Below, piece after piece: positions 17,326-27,882 of a stretch of DNA of 64,000 nucleotides. Where the stretch lies: positions 1,056,001-1,120,000 of the forward strand of contig JAWAWX010000001.1 in the NCBI GenBank assembly GCA_038897215.1. Direction: 5' to 3'. Position 1 is the first letter of the stretch, and every line of letters starts with the position of its first letter. The position numbers were made by a program, and so were the translations under genes. The notes beneath the pieces were generated by a model. It saw only the letters and a list, made by a program, of their open reading frames with translations, made no database searches and had not been told where the DNA came from. The DNA comes from Acidilobaceae archaeon (GTDB lineage: Archaea; Thermoproteota; Thermoprotei_A; Sulfolobales; Acidilobaceae).

Positions 17326-17736
17326 CTACTCTCCTCCCCCTCTTACCCTCACTATCTTCGGTCTACCCATTATGAGCCAGTATTCTACAGAGACTCCTGA
17401 AGTGATTCTAGAAGCTAGCTCGGGGTCGTCAGCGGGCTTCTCGATCTCTAGAGTATCGTATGTCTCCATATCCATTACCTGGACTCTATCGCCCATGTCT
17501 GCTAGCACTTGACCGACTCTCTTCTCTATCACCGGCACCTGGACTCTAGTGTCTACGGGGGCTATGAGGGTCTTCTTCTGACCCGAGAATACCCCCACGG
17601 CGACTACGTGAGCTTTAGCGCTCCCATGCTTCCCTGTTTTTGCCGTGCTCATCTCCACTATCTTGCAGGGCTCGCCGTCGATCACTATGAAGCTTCCCTT
17701 CTTGAGGTCTCCTAGTGTAGCGTAGTTGACGCTCAT
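17326..17736 (-). CDS. eif5a: translation factor aIF-5A
   Basis: KTGKHGSAK hypusine motif. Confidence 0.97.
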   Translation of the reverse strand: MSVNYATLGDLKKGSFIVIDGEPCKIVEMSTAKTGKHGSAKAHVVAVGVFSGQKKTLIAPVDTRVQVPVIEKRVGQVLADMGDRVQVMDMETYDTLEIEKPADDPELASRITSGVSVEYWLIMGRPKIVRVRGGGE

Positions 17737-17794
17737 ACAGCTCTCCCCGGGAGAGACGCTCTCTCAGCTGACGCTATAAAAGCGTTTGGCTCCT

Positions 17795-18259
17795 CTAGGC
17801 TATCGAGTATACTCTCAGCTCTCTGATCTTCTCGAGGACTCTCTCCATGAACTCCTCTAGCTGAGCTCGCGAGACTCCCCTCGCCTCGGCTATTCTGGAG
17901 ACCTCCTCGAGAACTCTATCGTACGACCTGAGTCTCTCGTTGAGTTCTCTCCAGGGGACTCTGTAGAGAGCTCTCTCAACCTCTAGAGACCTGGGTAGTA
18001 GCTCTTTGAGCATCAAGACGGCTATGATGGGGTAGCCTATGTAGCCTCTGAACTTGGTCCCGTTATCGTCTGAGTAAGCTTGGAGAGAGCCGTCTCGAGA
18101 GACCTTGACTACGACTCTGTAGACTCTATCGCCCATACTCGATGATACTCTAGCCTCGACGACCTCCCCGGAGTCTCTCACTACAGAGACTCTGCCGTCA
18201 GCGAGAGAGCCGGCCGCTTCCAGCACCTTGATCCTAGGAGGGAGGCTCAGCTTCCTCAA
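17795..18259 (-). CDS. conserved hypothetical protein
   Basis: PPRIKVLEA...SDDNGTKFRGYIGYPIIA. Confidence 0.7.
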   Translation of the reverse strand: MRKLSLPPRIKVLEAAGSLADGRVSVVRDSGEVVEARVSSSMGDRVYRVVVKVSRDGSLQAYSDDNGTKFRGYIGYPIIAVLMLKELLPRSLEVERALYRVPWRELNERLRSYDRVLEEVSRIAEARGVSRAQLEEFMERVLEKIRELRVYSIA

Positions 18260-18356
18260 CTAGCTCCTCCTAGCTTCAGTGAAAACGCGGAGACTCTTAG
18301 CTTATCGCTCGAGGAGAGCAGTAGAGCCGAGCTAACCCCCGGGGGAGGCTCTCGAG

Positions 18357-19223
18357 TCAGGGGGGTTTGACTCTATCGTAGACTCTGAGAACCTGGTCTA
18401 CGTTGACTCTGTACAGCTTCTCTCTCCACTCCTCTCTCTCTGCTAGCTGATGCACTAGTCGAGCCATCTCCCAGGGCTGGGTTACCGCTCCTGGTCTCGA
18501 GGGGTCGTCTAGGTAGTCGCTTTCGACCATGTACACTGGCTCTAGAGCTGAGAGAGCGTACTCTAGAGGCTGGCGTAGCCCTACTATTGTGGAAGAGTAC
18601 CCTCTTCTCCACGCCTCTTCGGCCATCTTGAGGTCTGAGTGGTGGAATACTATCTTGTGCTTGACGGGTTTCAGCCTCTCGATTGCTCTATCTGTGATCG
18701 CTACCGTGTCCTCCTTAGACTGCTCTAGGTGTAGGTGGACTACTGCTCCTAGGTCGCGAGCTCTCTCTATAGCGTACTCCATTATCATGTGAGACGCTAG
18801 CACTCTATCGCTCGAAGTCTTGTAGTGCTGTCTCCCCACCTCGCCTATGCCGTCTAAGAGCCCCTTCTCGACTAGCGAAGCGATATAGTCGATTACCTTA
18901 AACCCGATCTCGACTACTCTAGCCGGGCTCACTCTATGCCTGTCAACGAGCTTATCGACCTCTGCTGGATGGAAACCGGCTATGCAGGCTACCTCGACAC
19001 CCTCCTCTCTAGCGGCTCTACACTCTCTCACGTGAGCCTCTACTGCTCTAAGGTAGGCTTCGAGACCCCCGTCTTCGATTCCGTAGGCTGGAGGGCTCAG
19101 AGAGACTAGAGCTATGAACCAGCCCCCGGCTCTCTTGAATCTCTCGGCTACAGCTCTAGCTCCGAGACCTCTAGCAGGACTACTGTGGCAGTGCCCGTCA
19201 GCTACGGGTAGAGAGCTCGCCAA
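18357..19223 (-). CDS. TatD-like metal-dependent hydrolase
   Basis: DGHCH, GFHP, GEVGRQHY, HLH, ESDYLDD. Confidence 0.85.
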   Translation of the reverse strand: MASSLPVADGHCHSSPARGLGARAVAERFKRAGGWFIALVSLSPPAYGIEDGGLEAYLRAVEAHVRECRAAREEGVEVACIAGFHPAEVDKLVDRHRVSPARVVEIGFKVIDYIASLVEKGLLDGIGEVGRQHYKTSSDRVLASHMIMEYAIERARDLGAVVHLHLEQSKEDTVAITDRAIERLKPVKHKIVFHHSDLKMAEEAWRRGYSSTIVGLRQPLEYALSALEPVYMVESDYLDDPSRPGAVTQPWEMARLVHQLAEREEWREKLYRVNVDQVLRVYDRVKPP

Positions 19224-20652
19224 GACTCTTCAGCCTCTTCTCTATAGCTTCTCTCACGAGCCTGGGGTCTACTGCTCTCCTCCCTATCCTCCTTATCGTG
19301 GCCCCCACCAGGTAGTTTAGAGCCTCCTTCTTGCCCGAAAGGTAGTCCGCCACGGCCTTCCTCTCAGCTCTAAGAGTCTCCTCGACGTAGGCCTCTATGT
19401 CTACAGCTTTCTCGGGCAGGAGCTCCTTCAAGGAGGCTCTCGGGTTCTGAGCGAGCTTCGGTAAAACTAAACCCTTGATCGTATCGTAGGGGTACTCTCC
19501 TCTCTCCACTAGCTTCACTATCTCGACTATCGTGCTCGCTGGAGGCCAGCTAGAGGAGTCAAAGAGGTCTCTCCCAGCTTCTTTGACCTCGCCTCTATAG
19601 TCTACAGCGAGAATCCTGGCTGCTAGCAGGGGGTCAGCGCCTGCCTCGACGGACTCGAGGAATACTCTCAGCGAGTCTCTAACCTGCACTAGGCTCCAGG
19701 CTAGGTCGCGAGGAACTCCTAGGCTTGAGAGCTTGGAGAGAACGGTCTTCAGGCTCCTCTCTTCAGCCTCTCTCCTAGCCTCTTCAAGCATCTCTCTAGT
19801 GATAGCTATCGGCGGCAGGTCGGGATCGGGGAAGTAGAGGTACTCCTCCTCGTACTCCTTGTGCCTTAGAGAGATCGTGACTCCCCGGGCTCCATCCCAG
19901 TGCCTCGTTTCTCTAGCCACAACCCCCCCGGACTCGAGGATCTTGGTCTGCCTGGCTATCTCGAAGACTAGAGCTTTCTCCACGTCGGCGACGCTCCCTA
20001 TATTCTTGACCTCTACTCTCTCCCCTCCCTCTACGCTCACGTTAGCGTCTACTCTGAACGCTCCCTCGAGCCTGGGGTTCGTCACGCCCAGGTGTTCTAG
20101 CGTTAGAAGCAGGTACTCTAGGAAGACTCTAGCGTCTCTAGGGCTCTCGAGGTCGGGCTCTGTGACTATCTCTAGGAGGGGGACGCCGCTCCTGTTGTAG
20201 TCTACGTGAGATAGAGGGCTCCTCACTATGTCTCCATCGTATACAGTCCTACCGGGGTCTTCCTCGATGTTGATCCTCCTTATCCCGCACTTCCTCCAAG
20301 CCCACGCTACGGGGTCTAGGTATTCGAGGAAGCCTTCGAGGCAAACGGGGACTCCTCCTGCTCTCTCAAACATAGATATCTGGTAGTTCTTGGGCAGGTC
20401 TGGGTAGAAGTAGTGCTTTCTAGTGAAGACTATCCTATCGGGGATTCTGCAGTTGAGAGCGATAGCAGTCCTCAGAGCTAGCTCTACTACTCTCTTGTTG
20501 ACTACGGGGAGAGCTCCGGGCAAGCCTAGGCAGACGGGGCAGACGTTGCTATTCGGGGGCCTCCCCCTGTAGTCCGCGCTACAGCCGCAGAATAGCTTGG
20601 TCCCGGCCTCGGTTACTTGGACGTGTATCTCTAGCCCTATCCTAGCTCTCAC
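19198..20652 (-). CDS. gatB: Asp/Glu-tRNA amidotransferase subunit B
   Basis: IGLEIHVQ, RKHYFYPDLPKNYQIS, YFPDPDL. Confidence 0.97.
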   Translation of the reverse strand: MRARIGLEIHVQVTEAGTKLFCGCSADYRGRPPNSNVCPVCLGLPGALPVVNKRVVELALRTAIALNCRIPDRIVFTRKHYFYPDLPKNYQISMFERAGGVPVCLEGFLEYLDPVAWAWRKCGIRRINIEEDPGRTVYDGDIVRSPLSHVDYNRSGVPLLEIVTEPDLESPRDARVFLEYLLLTLEHLGVTNPRLEGAFRVDANVSVEGGERVEVKNIGSVADVEKALVFEIARQTKILESGGVVARETRHWDGARGVTISLRHKEYEEEYLYFPDPDLPPIAITREMLEEARREAEERSLKTVLSKLSSLGVPRDLAWSLVQVRDSLRVFLESVEAGADPLLAARILAVDYRGEVKEAGRDLFDSSSWPPASTIVEIVKLVERGEYPYDTIKGLVLPKLAQNPRASLKELLPEKAVDIEAYVEETLRAERKAVADYLSGKKEALNYLVGATIRRIGRRAVDPRLVREAIEKRLKSLGELSTRS

Positions 20653-22135
20653 TAGCGACCACTCCCCTGACTCCCGTGAGCTCTTCTACTAGAGCTCCTA
20701 GAGAGAGGAGCTTGAAGTCTTCGAGAAAGCCTCCTATCCACTGGACGCCCACAGGTAGCCCCTGGTGGAAGCCCACGGGCTGAGCTAGAGCCGGTAGCCC
20801 AGATAGGTTTGCTATCACCGTGTAGACATCCATCGAGTAGAGCTTGAGAGGGTCCTCGATCCTCTCTCCGAGCCTGGGCGGGAGAACGGGGGACACCTGA
20901 GAGGCGATTACGCACTCTGAGGTGAGCCTTATGAGCGCGTCTCTCACCAGCCTTCTGAGCTTGGTGGCCGCCACGTAGTACTCTTCTCTGTACCCCTCGC
21001 TGAGAACGTAGACTCCCATCATTATCCTCCTCTTGACCTCGAGCCCGAAGCCTTTAGACCTCGTGGACGCTATGAAGCTCTCCCAGGTGTTCTTCTCGGT
21101 CTTGAGGGGGTAGAGGACTCCCGTGTATCTCGCTAGGTTGCTCGCGGCTTCCGCGAAAGCTATGGTGTAGTAGGCTGGGAGAGCTCTAGCTAAAGAGGGC
21201 TCGCTCTTCTCCTCGACCGTAGCCCCCTCTGACTCGAGCTTCTTCAAGACCATCCAGTAGGCTTTCTGCAAGGGCTCGTCAGCGTTCTCCCAGAGCTCTC
21301 TAACAGCGCAGACTCTCAGCCTTCTGGCATCAATAGGCTCTACTAGGGGCTCTGCTCTCCTCTTGAGGGTAGTCGAGTCTAGAGGGTCCCAGCCGCTTAT
21401 CACGTCGAGGAGTAGAGCTAGGTCTCTAGAGCTCCTAGCCATAGGGGATACCTGCTCTAAGCTGTTACCGTAGGGTATGACTCCGTATCTGCTCACAAGA
21501 CCGTAGGTTGGCTTCAGCCCGAATGTGGCCGTGTATGCTGCGGGTAGCCTAGCAGAGCCCCCCGTGTCAGTCCCTAGAGCTAGGTCGCAACCCCCGTAGG
21601 CTAGAGCCGCCGCGCTCCCCCCGCTGCTACCCCCGGGGGTTCTCTCGAGGTCCCAGGGGTTTCTAGTGGCTCCGAAGAAGCTGAGCTCCGTAGTCGAGCC
21701 CATAGCGAACTCGTCTAGATTAGTCTTCCCCAATATTATGGCGTCTTCTTCTCTAATCTTCCTGACTGCTGTCGCATCGAATGGAGGAACGTAGAAGGTG
21801 AGTATTCTCGATGCAGCAGTAGTGGGGAAGTCTGTAGTCGATATGTTGTCCTTTACTGCTACCACCAAGCCTGCTAGCTTCCCGAGCCTCTCCCCCCTCT
21901 TGGCTCTCCCGGCTATCTCCTCGGCTTTCTCGAGAGCTAGCTCTAGATTGTCTATCGATATGTAAGCGTTCACTCTAGGCTCCCATCTAGTGATACGCTC
22001 GTAGACCTCGTGCAAGTGCTCTACAGGGTCTACCACTCCTTCTCTGATATCCGCTACTAGCCTCCAAGCCTCAGTTATGGTCTGCAATCCTCCCTCCTCT
22101 CCAGGGAGCTCTAACGTACCCTCTCTCATCGACAT
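20642..22135 (-). CDS. gatA: Asp/Glu-tRNA amidotransferase subunit A (start uncertain)
   Basis: KDN, GKTNLDEFAMGS, PGGSSGGS, GTDTGGS. Confidence 0.95.
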   Translation of the reverse strand: MSMREGTLELPGEEGGLQTITEAWRLVADIREGVVDPVEHLHEVYERITRWEPRVNAYISIDNLELALEKAEEIAGRAKRGERLGKLAGLVVAVKDNISTTDFPTTAASRILTFYVPPFDATAVRKIREEDAIILGKTNLDEFAMGSTTELSFFGATRNPWDLERTPGGSSGGSAAALAYGGCDLALGTDTGGSARLPAAYTATFGLKPTYGLVSRYGVIPYGNSLEQVSPMARSSRDLALLLDVISGWDPLDSTTLKRRAEPLVEPIDARRLRVCAVRELWENADEPLQKAYWMVLKKLESEGATVEEKSEPSLARALPAYYTIAFAEAASNLARYTGVLYPLKTEKNTWESFIASTRSKGFGLEVKRRIMMGVYVLSEGYREEYYVAATKLRRLVRDALIRLTSECVIASQVSPVLPPRLGERIEDPLKLYSMDVYTVIANLSGLPALAQPVGFHQGLPVGVQWIGGFLEDFKLLSLGALVEELTGVRGVVASES

Positions 22136-22391
22136 CCGCTGAGAGCCTCCTGACGTCGATAGACCTATCTGGCTCTTCGAGAGGCTCTCTCAAATACCCT
22201 ATCTCCTCCCATACGTGATAGAGAGGCTCTACGTCATAGCCTGCTACAGCCTCCCCCACGCTTCTCAGATACGACGCGATCCTAGCTATGTCAACACATA
22301 TCTTTCTAGCCTCCTCATCCGAAAGCTCTAGCTTAGCTATCTCCGCTAGCCTCTTCACAAGACCCTCATCGCAGTCAGTCTCGCTCACCAA
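22071..22391 (-). CDS. gatC: amidotransferase subunit C
   Basis: VKRLAEIAKLELSDEE; directly upstream of gatA. Confidence 0.8.
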   Translation of the reverse strand: MVSETDCDEGLVKRLAEIAKLELSDEEARKICVDIARIASYLRSVGEAVAGYDVEPLYHVWEEIGYLREPLEEPDRSIDVRRLSADVDERGYVRAPWRGGRIADHN

Positions 22392-22528
22392 TAGAGCCCC
22401 CGAGGAGTCCTCTAGGAGGAGGCTCGAGATTAATTTTGTTGCTCTACAACCCGGCTCCTAGCTACTCCCGTAGAAGCTGGGGTTGAAGCTAAACAGATAT
22501 AAGCCCGCCTAGCTGTTCTATAGACACG

Positions 22529-22653
22529 CCCCAGCCCGGCCATAGCGGCCGGGTAACACCCGGACCCATATCGAACCCGGAAGTTAAGCCGGCCGCGTTG
22601 AGGGCTCCGTGGGGTCCGCGAGGCCCCGCAGGGCCCTCAAGCCGGGGCTGGGG
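22529..22653 (+). rRNA. rrf: 5S rRNA (unlinked)
   Basis: GGCCATAGCGGC...CACCCGGACCCATATCGAACCCGGAAGTTAAG; terminal helix CCCCAGC/GCTGGGG; TATAAG upstream. Confidence 0.95.
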
Positions 22654-22809
22654 ACTTCTCTACGAGCGCTTCTCCGGAGGTAGGCGGGATGAGTCTCGGG
22701 GGCTCTTCTAGCGTAACCTGCGAGCATTAAACACTATGGGAGAGCAAGCTAGCCCACGTCTAGGCCTTGTCTTTTCTCGTTGCTAGCCTCGAGAACGCAT
22801 GCCGGGTAG

Positions 22810-22885
22810 CGGGCCCGCCGGGATTTGAACCCGGGACCTCCGGGTCCGAAGCCCGGCGCTCTAGTCCTGGCTGAGCTACGGGCCC
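22810..22885 (-). tRNA. tRNA-Arg(UCG), CCA not encoded
   Basis: GGGCCCGTAGCTCAG...CCGGG-CTTCGGA-CCCGG...GTTCAAATC...CGGGCCCG. Confidence 0.95.
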
Positions 22886-24252
22886 TCTGCCTTGAGGTTT
22901 TCTTGCTCTATGGCGGTTTTAGTGTTTTTTCTATCCTCTACTCGTGTGCTCGTTATGTCTGCTAGCTTCTCCACAGCTTCTAGAGCGTTTCTTGCTACTA
23001 TCCTGAGTACTCCGAAAGCTTCTCCTCTCACACCCTCGCATATGATGTCTGGTAGTCTGCCTCCAGCTATCTTGGCTGCTTCTCTCGCCAGCTCTCTAGT
23101 CGTTGCCTCCTTCGGGAGCTCTATGCACGCTACCGTGTAGCCTTTGTCTAGAGCTCTCTCAACTAGTCTCTCATCGTATCTCATTGTCACCATAGCGCGA
23201 GTCTCAGCATCGATAGCCATGAGGGAGTGCAGGGTTTCAGCTGTGTGAGTACTCGAGCCTAGAGCCGGCCCCACTGCTCCCTCTCGGGGCTTGATTAGAG
23301 CTACCGCTACATCGCTAGAGCTTCTAGCATACCTAGCTGGGATGCTCTCGGCTATCTCGATCTCGGAGTCTAGCCGGAGCTCGCTGGCTATAGATAGAGC
23401 TCTGCCTAGAGCCATCTCGACGCTTCTGAGAGCCTCGTATCTCAGTGCGGGGAGCTCTAGCCAAGCAGTCGGGTTGACTGGACAGTACCCCTTCCCGACT
23501 CTTACACCATACTCTATCGCTATCGTTATGAATTTCTTAGCCTCGACTACAGCCTCGTAGACGCTGAAGCCTCTAGCCAGGTAGGCCGCTATAGCTGCTG
23601 AAAACGAGCAACCAGTACCGTGAGTGCACGCTCTCTCGATGCGAGGACCCGGGATCACGTAGTGCCTCCCCCTCCAGTACAGGACGTCTGGCGAGCTCTC
23701 TACGGAGAGGTGGCCGCCTTTAGCGACCACTGCCTCACAGCCGTACTCCTCCGCTATGACCTCCGCTGCCTTCTTCGCGTCATCGAGACTCTCTATGCGG
23801 ATGCCCGAGAGTATCTCAGCCTCCCATCTATTCGGCGTAGCCACCTTGGCTCTAGGGAGGAGCTCTCTCTTCAACGCCTCCACTGCATCCTCTCTGAGTA
23901 GCCTAGCGCCACTCTTAGCCACCATGACCGGATCTACTACCAGAGGGAAGGGGTAGTCGTCCACGGCTCTCGCTACAGCCGATATGATCTCCTTGTTGCT
24001 AAGCATTCCAGTCTTGCCAGCATCTATGCCCATGTCTTCAGCTACCACCTTGATCTGCTCGTAGACCATCTCGGGGGGCAGGTCGTGGATAGCTGTGACC
24101 TGGTACGTGTTCTGAGCTGTTATACTCGTTATAGCCACCGTCCCGTGGACTCCTAGAGCAGCGAAAGTCTTGAGGTCCGCCTGGATCCCCGCTCCTCCTC
24201 CTGAATCGCTACCCGCTATGGTTATAGCTACTCTCCATGGACGAGCAACCAT
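22876..24252 (-). CDS. thiD: HMP/HMP-P kinase ThiD fused to degenerate ThiN-like domain
   Basis: [27 protein letters not shown]; C-terminal ThiN-like extension. Confidence 0.92.
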   Translation of the reverse strand: MVARPWRVAITIAGSDSGGGAGIQADLKTFAALGVHGTVAITSITAQNTYQVTAIHDLPPEMVYEQIKVVAEDMGIDAGKTGMLSNKEIISAVARAVDDYPFPLVVDPVMVAKSGARLLREDAVEALKRELLPRAKVATPNRWEAEILSGIRIESLDDAKKAAEVIAEEYGCEAVVAKGGHLSVESSPDVLYWRGRHYVIPGPRIERACTHGTGCSFSAAIAAYLARGFSVYEAVVEAKKFITIAIEYGVRVGKGYCPVNPTAWLELPALRYEALRSVEMALGRALSIASELRLDSEIEIAESIPARYARSSSDVAVALIKPREGAVGPALGSSTHTAETLHSLMAIDAETRAMVTMRYDERLVERALDKGYTVACIELPKEATTRELAREAAKIAGGRLPDIICEGVRGEAFGVLRIVARNALEAVEKLADITSTRVEDRKNTKTAIEQENLKAEGP

Positions 24253-24308
24253 GAGTAAGTCTCCGCTAGAAGAGCGGGCATTGGGGCTAATAAGCTTCCC
24301 CTATTACC

Positions 24309-25490
24309 TCACAAGTCTAGCTCTCTGACTTGCTCTAAGACATACCTCCTGATCTCCGAGAGCTCCGGTAGAGGTCTAGAGAGCTCTCCGTTATCCAAGT
24401 ACTTGACCAGAAGAGGCCTTGGAGCTGAGCCATCTCTACAAGCGGGGACCTCTCTCTGGTCGAAGAAAGCTAGGTAGTCTTCTCTAACACTACACCTGTA
24501 GACTTGAAGAGCTGAAGGTATCTTGCCTCTCTTGGCTCTAGGCTTCCACTCGCCGTCTTCGTACACCTCTACTATGTCAGCGCTTATATCGATATTGGGA
24601 GCGGCCGCTATAGCCGTCCCTACTCCGAAGCCGTCAACCACGTCTCTTAGCTCCACTACATCGCTCTCATCTATGCCCCCGCTCACGAATATCTTGACGT
24701 GCTTGTAGCCAGCTCTATCTAGAGCTACCCTGACCTCCTCCACTATATCCCTCATCCTCCCCCTCCTGCTACCAGGAGTGTCTAGCCTCACGCCGTAGAG
24801 CTTCTCGCCTAAGAGCTCTGCAGCCATTAGAGCCTCTACTCTCTCATCGTAGAAGGTGTCGACTAGAGCAACGATGGGGGTCTCGTTGCCGAATGTCTCA
24901 GCGAACGCTCTCCAAGCTCTCCTCTGGTCTCCCATGCTTACTATCAGAGCGTGAGGCATAGTGCCCATAGGCTTGAGCCCCAGGTACTTCTCTGACAGGA
25001 CTCCGCTGACTCCATCAGCTCCCCCGATGTAGGCCGCTCTATCTGCTGAAGGCTGGACCGCGGGGTGCAGGGCTCTCAGACCGAAGAAGAGGAGTGTCTT
25101 GTCTCCAGCGAGCTTCTTCAGTCTCGCAGTCTTAGTAGCTATGCTGGAAGCGAACCTCAAGACTCCTAGGTAGGCTGTCTCGAAGAGAACCATGTCTCTA
25201 AGCCTTCCCTCGATTAGCATGAGGGGCTGCTTTCTCCTGAAGACAGTCCCCTCTGGCATAGAGTAGACTGTGAGAGGCTTCCCCCTAAGGATAGCTAGAG
25301 CCTCCTCGAGACCAGCGAAGACAGCCCAGTTGTAGCCCCGCGGGAGGGAGTACGCGTGGACCTGCATCCTCACTCTGACATCTTCAGAGTACTTGTCTAG
25401 AATCACCTTAGTCCTGTAGAAGTATATGTCTGTCGCTCTCCCCTCCAGTATGTCGTCGAGGCTAGCCAAGTATACTCTAGGCTCTCTCAT
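24309..25490 (-). CDS. pncB: nicotinate phosphoribosyltransferase
   Basis: [28 protein letters not shown]. Confidence 0.92.
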   Translation of the reverse strand: MREPRVYLASLDDILEGRATDIYFYRTKVILDKYSEDVRVRMQVHAYSLPRGYNWAVFAGLEEALAILRGKPLTVYSMPEGTVFRRKQPLMLIEGRLRDMVLFETAYLGVLRFASSIATKTARLKKLAGDKTLLFFGLRALHPAVQPSADRAAYIGGADGVSGVLSEKYLGLKPMGTMPHALIVSMGDQRRAWRAFAETFGNETPIVALVDTFYDERVEALMAAELLGEKLYGVRLDTPGSRRGRMRDIVEEVRVALDRAGYKHVKIFVSGGIDESDVVELRDVVDGFGVGTAIAAAPNIDISADIVEVYEDGEWKPRAKRGKIPSALQVYRCSVREDYLAFFDQREVPACRDGSAPRPLLVKYLDNGELSRPLPELSEIRRYVLEQVRELDL

Positions 25491-25507
25491 GGAGTTCTTC
25501 CAGAGAG

Positions 25508-26182
25508 CTAGCTATTGAGGGGGGGTAAAACGCTTTTCGGGCTGACGACCTTGTAGACTAGGTGAAGCCAGCCCGGGCACACCTCCCAGTAGTCTACTAG
25601 AGCTAGCTCGACTCTACTCTTCTCCCCGTCGAAGACCTCGCAGCGAGCTAGAGAGACTCCGGAGCCGAAGACGTATGGGGCTATGGTTACTCTGAGCTCG
25701 TCCACAAGCCCTGCGGCTAAAAGCGAGCAGTTGAGCATCCCTCCCCCCTCTACTAAGACTCTCCTAGCGCCCATATCGTAGAGTCTGGCTAGAGCTACGC
25801 TGAAGTCTATGGACTCTCTCCCTGCTCTAATCACTCTAACCCCCCGGTTAATGTAGCCAGCTAGGTCTTCATCACTCCATTTCTCTAAAGTGACCAAGAC
25901 CCCTCTCCCAGGAGACTCGAAGACTCTAGCCGAGGGGGGCACTCTGAGCTGAGCATCAACAACAACTCTGTAGTGGGGGCTAGGCCCCGGAGCCATCCTG
26001 GTAGTCAGCCTGGGGTCGTCGGAGATCGCGGTGTTAGCTCCCACCATGACCGCGTCGCTCACAGACCTCAAGCTGTGGAGAAGCTCCAGGTCTCTCGGGC
26101 AGCTGAGCCTAGAGAAGCCCGTCCTACTCGCTATCCTACCATCTAGAGTCATCGTCGAGAATATAGTAACGTGAGGCCTCAA
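25508..26182 (-). CDS. arfC: RibD-C/ArfC-type pyrimidine nucleotide reductase
   Basis: TLDGRIA, VGANT..DDPRLT, LVEGG. Confidence 0.85.
   Translation of the reverse strand: MRPHVTIFSTMTLDGRIASRTGFSRLSCPRDLELLHSLRSVSDAVMVGANTAISDDPRLTTRMAPGPSPHYRVVVDAQLRVPPSARVFESPGRGVLVTLEKWSDEDLAGYINRGVRVIRAGRESIDFSVALARLYDMGARRVLVEGGGMLNCSLLAAGLVDELRVTIAPYVFGSGVSLARCEVFDGEKSRVELALVDYWEVCPGWLHLVYKVVSPKSVLPPLNS
25836..25851 (-). repeat. origin-proximal motif copy A (TTAAC-CGGGGG-GTTAG)
   Basis: Plus strand CTAAC CCCCCG GTTAA, inside arfC. Confidence 0.75.
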
Positions 26183-26252
26183 GAGTAGAGCCTCCTAGAG
26201 AAAGAAGCTCTCCTCGAGAGACTTATAACCCTAGACTCGTATAACCTCAGTG

Positions 26253-26312
26253 GACCCCGGTTGCCCGCGCGACACCCCCGCGTATCGGAGGAGAGTGAGC
26301 GCGGGACGGGTC
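26253..26312. ncRNA. GC-rich intergenic long hairpin, candidate structured RNA or leader
   Basis: GACCC/GGGTC, CCCGCGC/GCGCGGG, and on minus strand CACUCUC/GGGGGUG stems. Confidence 0.45.
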
Positions 26313-26390
26313 GCTCCCGGCCTCTATCAACACTCTTAATCCCCCTATATTAGGGCTCTTCGAGAGCCAGGTCTCCGAGGGTGTCGTAGA

Positions 26391-26717
26391 GTGAGCGGAG
26401 AGAAGAGTGGTGGTAGAGTGCGTGTCGAGAGAGTAGGCGATAGAACCTACAGGGTTTTATTTGAGGGAGAGGACCACACTATGGGCAACTTGCTCGCTAC
26501 GACCCTCACGGGTATGCCTGAGGTTGAAGCGGCTAGCTACATGAAGCCTCATCCTCTCGAAGACAAGATCGTGGTCTTCGTCTCTCTCAGAGATAGTGGA
26601 GTCGATGTTGTAGACGTGTTGATCAAAGCTCTCGAGAGGATACTAGAGAAGAACAAGGTCTTCAGAGAGCTCTACCTAGCTGCTCTCAGAGAGAGAGGAG
26701 TGTCTATTGAAGCCTGA
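26391..26717 (+). CDS. rpoL: RNA polymerase subunit L (Rpo11)
   Basis: GEDHTMGNLL, YMKPHPL. Confidence 0.95.
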   Translation: MSGEKSGGRVRVERVGDRTYRVLFEGEDHTMGNLLATTLTGMPEVEAASYMKPHPLEDKIVVFVSLRDSGVDVVDVLIKALERILEKNKVFRELYLAALRERGVSIEA

Positions 26718-27006
26718 GGCTAGAGTACTCTTATCCAGGTGTAGCGATGATGTCTGCGCTTCGGTAATCGCTAGAGGCAGAAGCTTCGACAGCTTGATCC
26801 TAGCTGAGAGCTGTGCTGAGCTCTGCGCGAGACTAGAGAGAGAAGGCTACGCTGGAGAGCTACGCTATGCTCTAGGAGACTGTACTTGCGGTGCTCCAGC
26901 ACCCCCGGGGCCCGTTGAGGCTGAGAGCTTCTACGAGCCTCTCCTAGTTAAGCTTATAGGTCTAGCCGGTAGGATGAAGAGAGCTAGAGCGCTTCAGCCA
27001 AGCTAG
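26707..27006 (+). CDS. Cys-rich hypothetical protein in rpoL-tfs operon
   Basis: Overlaps rpoL end; 6 Cys. Confidence 0.6.
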   Translation: MKPEARVLLSRCSDDVCASVIARGRSFDSLILAESCAELCARLEREGYAGELRYALGDCTCGAPAPPGPVEAESFYEPLLVKLIGLAGRMKRARALQPS

Positions 27007-27008
27007 AG

Positions 27009-27359
27009 GTGGGGGGATTGCTGAGATTCTGCCCTAGATGCGGTGCTTTGATGAGCCCTAGGAGAGAGAGCGATGGCTCTAGCTCTCTCGCATGCCCTAG
27101 ATGCGGCTACACTGAGAGAACCCAGGAGGCTGTAACGATACAGGTGAAGAGTAGCGCTAAGAGGAACCCTAGAGATAAGACTCTAGTGCTAGACAAGGAG
27201 AAGACCCCGGAGACTCTCCAAACAGTCTCCATAGTGTGCCCTAAGTGCGGCAATGATAAAGCCTACTTCTGGATGATGCAGACCAGAGCAGCCGACGAGC
27301 CCCCCACTAGGTTCTACAGGTGCACTAAGTGTGGCTACACTTGGAGAGAGTACGCTTAA
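27009..27359 (+). CDS. tfs: transcription factor S (cleavage factor)
   Basis: Two Zn ribbons; QTRAADEP catalytic loop. Confidence 0.95.
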   Translation: MGGLLRFCPRCGALMSPRRESDGSSSLACPRCGYTERTQEAVTIQVKSSAKRNPRDKTLVLDKEKTPETLQTVSIVCPKCGNDKAYFWMMQTRAADEPPTRFYRCTKCGYTWREYA

Positions 27360-27555
27360 GCTCTCCTGTAGAGACATCCTGGAGGTTCTAGAGAAAGGGC
27401 TCTCGAGACTAGTCGAGGACCTAGCTAGAGCCTCTAGCACTACTCCCCCCACTATCTCATCGAAGCAGCTGGTAGCGGGAGCGCTAGAGCTAGCTATGGG
27501 GCTCAGAGACTCTGTCTCGCTAGCTCGAGAGCTCTGCTTGTGTAGAGAGTCTTGA
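27331..27555 (+). CDS. possible small helical protein
   Basis: Fills gap between tfs and Lrp gene; amphipathic. Confidence 0.4.
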   Translation: MATLGESTLKLSCRDILEVLEKGLSRLVEDLARASSTTPPTISSKQLVAGALELAMGLRDSVSLARELCLCRES

Positions 27556-27610
27556 AACCGATCCTTTATAAGCCTCGAGACCTACCAGGATTGCTGTGGT
27601 GTAGAGGTCC

Positions 27611-27859
27611 GTGCCTACAGAGGCAGTGATATTGATCAACGTCGATATAGGCAAGGAGGAGACAGTCTTCCAGAAGCTTCTCGAGATTCCCGAGGTTAAG
27701 GAAGCATACATAGTCTACGGTATCCACGACTTGATAACTGTAGTGAAAGCCGATGGGTTGGAGGAGCTCAGGCAAGTAGTTGTCCAGAAGATAAGGAAAA
27801 TCGAGGGAGTCAGGAACACGATAACGTGTATAGTAGTTAAGAAAGAGCAGAAGGCTTAA
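27611..27859 (+). CDS. stand-alone Lrp/AsnC ligand-binding (RAM) domain
   Basis: EAVILINVDIG...EVKEAYIVYGIHDL...IRKIEGVRNTIT. Confidence 0.9.
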   Translation: MPTEAVILINVDIGKEETVFQKLLEIPEVKEAYIVYGIHDLITVVKADGLEELRQVVVQKIRKIEGVRNTITCIVVKKEQKA

Positions 27860-27882
27860 TTCTAGAGAACGAAAGGTAGCCC

